This document shows, piece after piece, positions 1 to 6,849 of a DNA stretch of 22,173 nucleotides. Source of the DNA: an uncultured bacterium. Its GTDB lineage: Bacteria; Abyssobacteria; SURF-5. The stretch is from the NCBI GenBank assembly GCA_964510165.1, contig CAZEBC010000022.1, forward strand, positions 4,062 to 26,234, read 5' to 3'. How positions within the stretch are numbered: the first letter of the stretch is position 1; each line of letters begins with the position of its first letter. The notes under the pieces were generated by a model that made no database searches, had not been told where the DNA came from, and saw nothing but the letters and a program-made list of their open reading frames with translations. A program made the position numbers and the translations under genes.

Positions 1-1
1 C

Positions 2-190
<189 letters not shown>

Positions 191-213
191 GACTGCCCCG
201 TAATCGGTATCTC

Positions 214-266
214 GTAGGGGCGGCCCTGCGTGGCCGCGCGGGCGCCCGCATAGGGGGCGCCCCTAC
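214..266. repeat. GTAG-type REP doublet (two inverted REP units, REPIN-like)
   Basis: GTAGGGGCGGCCCTGCGTGGCCGC is followed by GGGCGCCCGCATAGGGGGCGCCCCTAC. Each unit is GTAG plus a GC-rich hairpin. The first unit is nearly identical to the reverse complement of 8618-8642. Confidence 0.8.
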
Positions 267-305
267 ATTTGGCGCAGCCCTTTTTTCCGCATTTTCATCG
301 GGCAC

Positions 306-334
306 TTGTAATTTCCCGCAGATGGTGTTATAAT
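306..334 (+). promoter_or_regulatory. Sigma70-type promoter of the cytochrome operon
   Basis: TTGTAA (306-311), 17-nt spacer, TATAAT (329-334), preceded by TG at 326-327 (extended -10). Confidence 0.7.
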
Positions 335-482
335 TGCGCCAGTAACCGGTGTGCCGTTTTGCCGGTACAGCCCACATGCACTCCCGAGAGGTCGATGGGG
401 AGAGAGTCTTCGCAGTAACAACCCTTTGCACCAGACCCTCCTGACCGAGTAGCTTATTTTTTTCAACAAGGTTTGGGGAAAA

Positions 483-1739
483 ATGCACAGAAAATTTTTG
501 CTCTCTGCGTTTGCCATTCTCTTGGTGTTTCTGCTGAGCGCCTCTGCGTATGCGGAGTGGATCAAATGGGACAATTGCATCGCGTGTCATTCAGAAGCGC
601 GAGAGGATTCGCGAGCCCCGTTCGTGGACCCCGCTATCCTCGACAGCTCGGTCCACAAGAACATGAAGTGTCTTGACTGCCATGATGACGTGCGCGAGGT
701 GAAACACGTCGTCGGGGAAGTGCCTCATCAGAAATATCCCGAGAAGGTGAGTTGCACACGGAAATGCCATGTTCAGGGAAATAAGGTGGGCGCCCCCGAT
801 TTCTCGCCCATGGAGCAATACCGTGACAGCGTTCACGGGATGGCGAAAACCGCCGGAGTGGCCGATGTGGCAACATGCACGGACTGCCATGGCCGTCATA
901 ACATAAGGCCGAAAGACGACCCCGCGTCCACGGTCTACCGCGCCAACATACCCCGAACCTGCGCCCTGTGTCATGAGAATATGCAGGTGGTCGTCAAACA
1001 CCACATTCATGCCGAAAAGCCGTTCCAGGAGTATGAGCAGAGCGTGCATGGGAAAGCGCTCTATCGCGACGGGCTGATCCAGTTCGCGGCGGTGTGCACC
1101 GACTGTCACGGCGTTCACGATATCCAGGCCGCAGGCACACCCAATATTCGGCCTCGCCGCCCCGAGACATGCGGTGAATGTCACCTCGGCGTCTATGAGG
1201 TATATCGAGAAAGCACTCACGGGGTCGCCGCCATTGAGAAGCGTAATCCCGACGCGCCGGTCTGCGCCGATTGCCACGGAGAACACTCCATCTCGGTGCC
1301 GACGGAAGGCAATATTCCGCTGCTCTGCTCGAAATGCCATGGCGTCGAAGGCATCATGACCAAGTATGAAATCCCGGTCGACCGCACCGCCACGTATCAA
1401 CAGAGCTATCATGGCGTTGCAAGCAGTTACGGCAGCAAGACCGTGGCCAACTGCGCAAGCTGCCACGGTCACCACGATATTCGGCCCCCTACTGACCCCA
1501 AGTCCTCCATTCATCCGGCCAATCTGGAGAAAACTTGCGGCAAGGCCAGATGTCATCCGGGAATCTCCTCGAAGGTGGCATCGGCCAAGATACACGTGGA
1601 CGTAATGAAGCCGGAGGCCGGCAGCGTATATTACGTGCGCAAGGCCTTCGTCTGGGTCCTGGTCGGATTGCTGGTCGTTACATTCGTCTGGGTGATACCC
1701 GACCTCGCAAGAAGGTTCAGAAAAAGGAGCGGACTCTGA
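483..1739 (+). CDS. Membrane-anchored multiheme cytochrome c (9 CXXCH + 1 CX3CH + 1 CX4CH, up to 11 hemes)
   Basis: Sec-type signal peptide ending ASAYA. Motifs in order: CIACH, CLDCH, CTRKCH, CTDCH, CALCH, CTDCH, CGECH, CADCH, CSKCH, CASCH, CGKARCH. Repeating Y-x-x-S-x-HG...CxxCHGxHxI units. One C-terminal TM helix followed by a basic tail. Confidence 0.93.
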   Translation: MHRKFLLSAFAILLVFLLSASAYAEWIKWDNCIACHSEAREDSRAPFVDPAILDSSVHKNMKCLDCHDDVREVKHVVGEVPHQKYPEKVSCTRKCHVQGNKVGAPDFSPMEQYRDSVHGMAKTAGVADVATCTDCHGRHNIRPKDDPASTVYRANIPRTCALCHENMQVVVKHHIHAEKPFQEYEQSVHGKALYRDGLIQFAAVCTDCHGVHDIQAAGTPNIRPRRPETCGECHLGVYEVYRESTHGVAAIEKRNPDAPVCADCHGEHSISVPTEGNIPLLCSKCHGVEGIMTKYEIPVDRTATYQQSYHGVASSYGSKTVANCASCHGHHDIRPPTDPKSSIHPANLEKTCGKARCHPGISSKVASAKIHVDVMKPEAGSVYYVRKAFVWVLVGLLVVTFVWVIPDLARRFRKRSGL

Positions 1740-1741
1740 GA

Positions 1742-2986
1742 ATGCCGTTGTCTAAACGTACCGTTGTCGCCTTCGTGATCCTGTGGCTGATGGCATGGAC
1801 TCACGCGGCGGCCGCCGCATCCAACGAGGATTGCCTCATGTGTCACGAGGACCCCTCCCTGAAAAACGATGCAGGCGTCTCGCTCGCCGTTGACCGCGAG
1901 ATTTTCCAGAATTCGGTCCATGGACAGAGCGGCATTCAGTGCGCCGACTGCCACGCCGACCTCGCCGGCACGGAAGATTTCCCGCACGCCGCCCCCCTCG
2001 CAAAGGTTGACTGCTCAACCTGTCATTATCAGGAGTACGAGGATTACACGACGAGCATGCATGGGGAGGCCTTCATAGCGGGCGACAAGTCTGTCCCTAC
2101 CTGCGTTACCTGTCACGGCTCGCATAACATACTGCGGCCCGAAGACCCAAAATCATCCGTCTTTGCCCTGAACCTGGTCGAAATCTGCATCCAGTGCCAT
2201 ACCGACACGACAATAGTGGCTGAACACGACTTGGCGCCGGCCGAGAAGATCAGAGCCTACGAGAGCAGCGTCCATATGAAGGCGCTCAAGGAGAAGGGGC
2301 TGAGCGTTTCCGCCGCCTGTAACGACTGTCACGGCTCTCACAAGATCAAGCCGCCCGACAACCCCGACTCTCTCATCAACAGGTTCAATATCCCCAAGAC
2401 GTGCGCCAAGTGCCACCAGGGAATCTACCAGACCTACCTCGAGAGTGTTCACGGACAGGATTTCCTTTTGCAGAATAACGATGTCCCCATCTGCACCGAT
2501 TGTCACGGCGAACACTCAATCAAAGCGCACACCAGTCCCGATTCGGCCGTATACGCCACCCACGTGGCGGAGATTTGCTCCCGCTGTCACGAGGACGAAA
2601 CCCTGAGCAAGAGATACGGATTCGCCTCCCAGCGGCTCAAGAGCTACCTGGGCACTTACCACGGGATCGCTTCCAAGATGGGCGACACAAAGGTCGCCAA
2701 CTGCGCCAGTTGTCATGGGTTCCATGATATCCGGCCGCCTGAGGACCCGAAATCGTCGGTTCACCCCGACAATATCCCCACAACCTGCGGCAAGTGCCAT
2801 CCCCAGGCTGGCAAGAACTTCGCCGTCGGCAAGGTCCATGTGAGCGAGACCAAGGAGAGCAGCCTGGGCGCGTATTTCGTGGAGAAGTTCTATACCATAT
2901 TCATAGCTGCGTCAATCACTGGATTCCTGGTGTTCATCGTCGCCGACCTGTTCGCCCGGCGCAGAAAAGCCAGGAAACAGGCATGA
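1742..2986 (+). CDS. Membrane-anchored undecaheme cytochrome c (paralog of the upstream gene)
   Basis: Start reassigned to ATG 1742 (MPLSKRTVVAFVILWLMAWTHAAAA signal peptide, AAGGAG upstream). 11 CXXCH motifs: CLMCH, CADCH, CSTCH, CVTCH, CIQCH, CNDCH, CAKCH, CTDCH, CSRCH, CASCH, CGKCH. C-terminal TM helix plus RRRKARK tail. Confidence 0.93.
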   Translation: MPLSKRTVVAFVILWLMAWTHAAAAASNEDCLMCHEDPSLKNDAGVSLAVDREIFQNSVHGQSGIQCADCHADLAGTEDFPHAAPLAKVDCSTCHYQEYEDYTTSMHGEAFIAGDKSVPTCVTCHGSHNILRPEDPKSSVFALNLVEICIQCHTDTTIVAEHDLAPAEKIRAYESSVHMKALKEKGLSVSAACNDCHGSHKIKPPDNPDSLINRFNIPKTCAKCHQGIYQTYLESVHGQDFLLQNNDVPICTDCHGEHSIKAHTSPDSAVYATHVAEICSRCHEDETLSKRYGFASQRLKSYLGTYHGIASKMGDTKVANCASCHGFHDIRPPEDPKSSVHPDNIPTTCGKCHPQAGKNFAVGKVHVSETKESSLGAYFVEKFYTIFIAASITGFLVFIVADLFARRRKARKQA

Positions 2987-3007
2987 GGTAAGGGAAGGGG
3001 TTGTAGC

Positions 3008-3850
3008 GTGAAGATTAACGATGACGATCTCGAACTTCTGGCCAAGGCAAAAGAGGCCGGCCTGCTTTCAGCCGAAAAATTTGAAGACGCCGATCTGATG
3101 CCCGACGACGAGGAGTTTGTTCGGCTCACCCTCGCCGAACGCATCCAACACATCATCCTGTTCACGAGCTTTTTCACGCTCGTGCTGACCGGAATCCCGC
3201 TCGTGTTCCCCAATGCGCCGCTCATCCACAAACTGTTCTTCTTCCCTGAAAGCTTTTGGCTGCGCGGCGTCATCCATCGCGTCGCCGGAATCACCCTGAT
3301 GGGAGTGGGAATATTTCAGATCATCTATGTCATGGTCTCGCCTCAAGGCAACCGCGACTTCCATAAGATCATACCGACTCCTCATGACGCCAGAGACGCA
3401 ATCGCCTTGTTCCTCCACAATCTGGGGCTTCGCGACGAGAAGCCCAGGTTCGGCAAGTTCAATTTCATCGAAAAGTTCGAGTACTGGGCGCTCGTGTGGG
3501 GCATATTCGTAATGGCCGTGACGGGGCTGATGCTCTGGTTCCAGGAGGCCACCATCGCGCTCGTCCCCATCCGCGTCCTTGACATCATCCGCATCGTCCA
3601 TGGCTTCGAGGCGATCCTTGCCTTCCTCGCGATCATCATCTGGCACATGTATAACGTGCACCTCAACCCCGAGGTCTTCCCGATGAGCAAGGTCTGGATC
3701 ACAGGCAAGATTTCCAAGGAGGAACTCAAAGAACATCATCCCCTCGAGTATGAGGAAATCCTGAAGGAGCGCAGAGACCAGCGCGAGATGGAACGCATCA
3801 AGGCCCTGCTCGAAGAGGTGAGACAGCAGAAACGCCAGATGGTAGAGTAG
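3008..3850 (+). CDS. Diheme cytochrome b membrane subunit (FdnI/HydC-like; resembles the CbcL b-domain)
   Basis: About four hydrophobic helices with four candidate heme-b His ligands (ERIQH, VIHRV, IVHGFEA, IWHMYNVH). Motifs FGKFNFIEKFEYWALVWG and W-x-TG...EHHPLEY. GTG start preceded by purine-rich GGGAAGGGG. Confidence 0.9.
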   Translation: MKINDDDLELLAKAKEAGLLSAEKFEDADLMPDDEEFVRLTLAERIQHIILFTSFFTLVLTGIPLVFPNAPLIHKLFFFPESFWLRGVIHRVAGITLMGVGIFQIIYVMVSPQGNRDFHKIIPTPHDARDAIALFLHNLGLRDEKPRFGKFNFIEKFEYWALVWGIFVMAVTGLMLWFQEATIALVPIRVLDIIRIVHGFEAILAFLAIIIWHMYNVHLNPEVFPMSKVWITGKISKEELKEHHPLEYEEILKERRDQREMERIKALLEEVRQQKRQMVE

Positions 3851-3859
3851 GCGGATCGT

Positions 3860-3895
3860 GTCCGACTGGTCGGACAAGTCGGACCCGTCCGACCG
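3860..3895. repeat. 9-nt-period palindromic micro-array between convergent genes
   Basis: GTCCGACTG GTCGGACAA GTCGGACCC GTCCGACCG. GTCCGAC and GTCGGAC are reverse complements, giving two hairpins. Confidence 0.7.
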
Positions 3896-3903
3896 CTCCT
3901 GGC

Positions 3904-5337
3904 TCACCGGTACAACACGTTCAAGTACTGTCCCAGCAGCCGTTCGCGAAGGCTTGGCTTGAGCGCGTCGAGCATCTCGTTGATCGTCGCCCATTTCGTC
4001 GGCAGCGACGCCCCCTCGACTCCCGCCATCGCCAATAGCTGCACGAAATGCTCATCTCCAAACTCCTCGGGCCGCATCGCGCCAAACATCTCCCGCACCT
4101 TCGCGCCCACCTTTCCGTATTCCATTCCCTTCACTTTTTCGACCGACTCGCGCAGGTCGCGTATGAAATCGTCAATCCACCGATGATTACCCGGATTGAT
4201 CCCCATGTGCAGATGCTCGCGCGCGTCGCCGAAGCTAAACTGCGCCTGCGCGTGCCAGCCACGCTCGACCAGTTCATCGTAGAGATGGAATATCCCGATG
4301 GTGTCCGATGTGAACGCGAACATGTTCGAGTCGGTCCTGCCGAGCAGCCGCAAGTCGTCCATCTCCTCTATCGCGGCGCAGACTTTCCTGGTGTCCTCGA
4401 GCATATTCCTGAACATCCTGAGATAGCCGTCGTCACCCATGAAATGAAGTATCGCCCACGCCGCCGCCAGCGGACCCGCCGACTTGGTGCTCTGGACCGT
4501 CGTGTTCAAGTGCGTGTAGCCTGTCCACTCGGCGCACATGAAGAATTGGTGATATCGGATATCGCTGTTGCGATACAGCACCACGGACGCGCCCTTGGCC
4601 GCGAACGCATACTTGTGAAAATCCATCGACATCGAAGTGACGCCCGGCACGGAGAAATCGAAATCGGGAACCGGCGCGCCCAGCCGTCGGAAATACGGCA
4701 GCATGAACCCGCCCACGCACGCATCCACATGGAACAAAATGCCGCGCTCGAGCGCGAGCTTCCCGATGTCGCGGATGGGGTCCACCACCCCGTGCGCGTA
4801 CGAGGGCGCCGAGCCGACCAGCAGAATCGTGTTTGAGGTGACCGCCCTGCGCATCGCGTCCACGTCGGCCTTGAAAGTCACCGGGTCCACACGAACCGGA
4901 ACCTTCTTCAAGCAGAAATAGTCGGCCGCCTTGTGGAATGAGCCATGGGCGGTGACCGGCAGAATTATCTCCGGCTCTTTGATGTGCGGCTTCTTCGCGC
5001 GCGCATAATCGCGAGCCGTCTTGACCGCGAGCAGCACGCTTTCGGTTCCGCCGCTCGTGAAGTTGCCGACCACGCTCGAGTCGCCGCTCAGGTGCTCGGC
5101 CGCGATCGCCACAAGCTCGTTCTCGAACCGGAGCACGCTCGGGTACAGGTTTGCATACAGGCAGTTTTCGGAGAGAAAATCCACGTACGCTTTCTTGATT
5201 ACGTCAAGCGCTTCCTCGCCTGGGTCGTACACATACGCGAACGCGCGGCCCGTCCTCCAGTCAAAATCCCCAGCGCGGTAATCATTCAGCCTGGTGAACA
5301 GTTCTTGCTTTGACAGTCCCTTTTCGGGAAGCTTCAT
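3904..5337 (-). CDS. PLP-dependent group II decarboxylase-fold enzyme, sphingosine-1-phosphate lyase-like
   Basis: Motifs TSGGTESVLLA, TAHGSFHKAADYF, SAPSYAHGVVDPI, FHVDACVGGF, FDFSVPGVTSMSMDFHKY (PLP Lys) and KGASVVLYR. N-terminal LPEKG typical of SPL-like proteins. GGAGG RBS. Confidence 0.85.
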   Translation of the reverse strand: MKLPEKGLSKQELFTRLNDYRAGDFDWRTGRAFAYVYDPGEEALDVIKKAYVDFLSENCLYANLYPSVLRFENELVAIAAEHLSGDSSVVGNFTSGGTESVLLAVKTARDYARAKKPHIKEPEIILPVTAHGSFHKAADYFCLKKVPVRVDPVTFKADVDAMRRAVTSNTILLVGSAPSYAHGVVDPIRDIGKLALERGILFHVDACVGGFMLPYFRRLGAPVPDFDFSVPGVTSMSMDFHKYAFAAKGASVVLYRNSDIRYHQFFMCAEWTGYTHLNTTVQSTKSAGPLAAAWAILHFMGDDGYLRMFRNMLEDTRKVCAAIEEMDDLRLLGRTDSNMFAFTSDTIGIFHLYDELVERGWHAQAQFSFGDAREHLHMGINPGNHRWIDDFIRDLRESVEKVKGMEYGKVGAKVREMFGAMRPEEFGDEHFVQLLAMAGVEGASLPTKWATINEMLDALKPSLRERLLGQYLNVLYR

Positions 5338-5370
5338 TACGTTTTCCTCCTGAAACCTTCTTCAGAAAAC

Positions 5371-6774
5371 TCACATCGCGTCGAGCAGCCTGTTATACGC
5401 CTCGACCGTCCGCTTGATCTCCGCCCCCCCGTGCGCGCTCGTCACGAACCCCTTGCCCATCAGCGTCATCACGCCCTCGTTGCGCAGGAACGTCTGGTAA
5501 TTCGTTGCCGCCGTCTTCCGCTCGAATATCCGCGGAATCCCGTCCTCGCTGTTCACGTCAATATGGAATGCGCCCGTCATCTCGACGTGCAGTATCGAGC
5601 CGTAATTGTAAGCGAAGAACGGGAAATTCCTGTCCTCGAACAGCACGTTCAACTCATGGGTCAGACGGTCGGTTATCGCCGCGGCCTTCTCGATCGCGTT
5701 GGTCCGCTCGATCTCGCAAATGGTGAAGTACGTCGCCGCACACGAGAGCAGGTTCGCCGCGATCGTGCCTGCCACGAAGCACGATTTTCCGCCCGACAGG
5801 ATGCCGGAATTCAGGATATCCATCAACTCGGCCTTGCCGGCCAGCGCGCCGCTCGAGGGGAAACATCCGCCCATGATCTTGCCGAGCACAGTAAGCTCCG
5901 GGTCCACGCCGAAACGCTCCTGCGCGCCGCCCATGGCAACCCTGAATCCGGTGACCACCTCGTCGTAAATGAGCACGATGCCGTGCTCCTTCGTTATCTT
6001 GCGAAGCTCTTTGTGGAAATCCTCAGAAAGCGGCATCGTGCCCGATTCGGCCCCGAGGGGCTCCACGAGCACCGCCGCGATTCCGCCGTCTTTTTCGTGC
6101 TCCTCGACGGCTCGTCGAAGCGCATCGAGGTCGTTCTGCGGCACGATGACCGTGTTCGCCGTGACCTCCTCCGGGATTCCGTTTGCCATGAACCGGCCGC
6201 TGTTCGGCACCCACAGGTCCACCACAAGCTGATCCGACCAGCCGTGATAAGTTCCGCAGAACTTCACGATCTTCTTCTTGCCCGTGTACGCGCGCGCCAG
6301 CCGGATGGCCGCCATGTCCGCCTCAGTGCCCGATTGCAAGAACCTCACCTTCTCGACGGCGGGCATGTGCTCGACTATCTTCTCCGCCGCAAGCGTCTCA
6401 TATTCGTCGCACAGTCCGTGAAACGACCCCTTCTTCCTGAGCACGTCCGCCATCTTCTCGATGACGGCGGGCGGATTGTGACCGAGCAGCACCGGCCCGC
6501 CTCCATTCAGATAATCCACGTAGCGATTGCCGTCAACGTCCGTCAGGTACGCGCCATCTCCGCGGTCAATGAAGACGGGATACGGCACGGTGTGCGACAG
6601 CATGTGCTCGCAGCCGCCCGGTATCACTTTCTGCGCCGCCTTGAACATCTGCTCCGATTTGGGCGCCTTCTTCTTCAGTTGCTCAATCGTGCGCGCCATC
6701 ACGTCCTCGCGGATGTGCCTGACAGGCATCCCGGCAAGCGCGCTGCCTCTCTCCTCAATTTCCTTGAATTCCAT
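5371..6774 (-). CDS. Class-III PLP aminotransferase, glutamate-1-semialdehyde aminomutase-like but divergent
   Basis: Motifs GDGAYLTDVDGNRYVDY, SGTEADMAAIRLARAYTG, YHGWSD, LIYDEVVTGFR and LGKIMGG (PLP Lys). AAGGAGG RBS. Confidence 0.88.
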   Translation of the reverse strand: MEFKEIEERGSALAGMPVRHIREDVMARTIEQLKKKAPKSEQMFKAAQKVIPGGCEHMLSHTVPYPVFIDRGDGAYLTDVDGNRYVDYLNGGGPVLLGHNPPAVIEKMADVLRKKGSFHGLCDEYETLAAEKIVEHMPAVEKVRFLQSGTEADMAAIRLARAYTGKKKIVKFCGTYHGWSDQLVVDLWVPNSGRFMANGIPEEVTANTVIVPQNDLDALRRAVEEHEKDGGIAAVLVEPLGAESGTMPLSEDFHKELRKITKEHGIVLIYDEVVTGFRVAMGGAQERFGVDPELTVLGKIMGGCFPSSGALAGKAELMDILNSGILSGGKSCFVAGTIAANLLSCAATYFTICEIERTNAIEKAAAITDRLTHELNVLFEDRNFPFFAYNYGSILHVEMTGAFHIDVNSEDGIPRIFERKTAATNYQTFLRNEGVMTLMGKGFVTSAHGGAEIKRTVEAYNRLLDAM

Positions 6775-6807
6775 GGCCGTTCCTCCTTCGGATCAACGCC
6801 GCCGCCT

Positions 6808-6836
6808 CTCTTCGTGACCCTTCGTGTTCTCCTCGG
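6808..6836 (-). repeat. Short CACGAAG periodic intergenic repeat
   Basis: Minus strand reads CCGAGGAGAA CACGAAGGGT CACGAAGAG (about 10-nt period). CACGAAGAG recurs at 17302-17310. Confidence 0.45.
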
Positions 6837-6849
6837 ATAAATCTTTTCC

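Noticed and set aside
341-400. c-di-GMP-I or other known riboswitch in the cytochrome leader
   Set aside because: The conserved GGCAAAC/GAAA/GCAAAGC elements are not present on the sense strand.
591-1595. 334-aa minus-strand ORF and other long antisense ORFs (3068-3994, 4048-4836, 5431-6840, 6824-7795, 7762-8577, 12013-12762, 14180-15013, 15617-16432)
   Set aside because: These are shadows of well-supported genes on the opposite strand in GC-rich DNA, with no recognisable motifs.
1535-1741. 69-aa N-terminal extension of the second cytochrome in the ORF track
   Set aside because: It overlaps the upstream gene; the signal peptide and RBS point to ATG 1742.
2984-3050. Selenocysteine at the in-frame TGA
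   Set aside because: No stem-loop resembling a bacterial SECIS follows the TGA, and the position is a linker rather than a catalytic Cys site.
3860-3895. CRISPR array or intrinsic terminator
   Set aside because: The units are 9 nt with no spacers, no cas genes are present, and there is no U-tract on either strand.
5371-6774. hemL for heme supply to the neighbouring cytochromes
   Set aside because: HemL-specific motifs are absent, there are no other hem genes, and it lies in a different operon.
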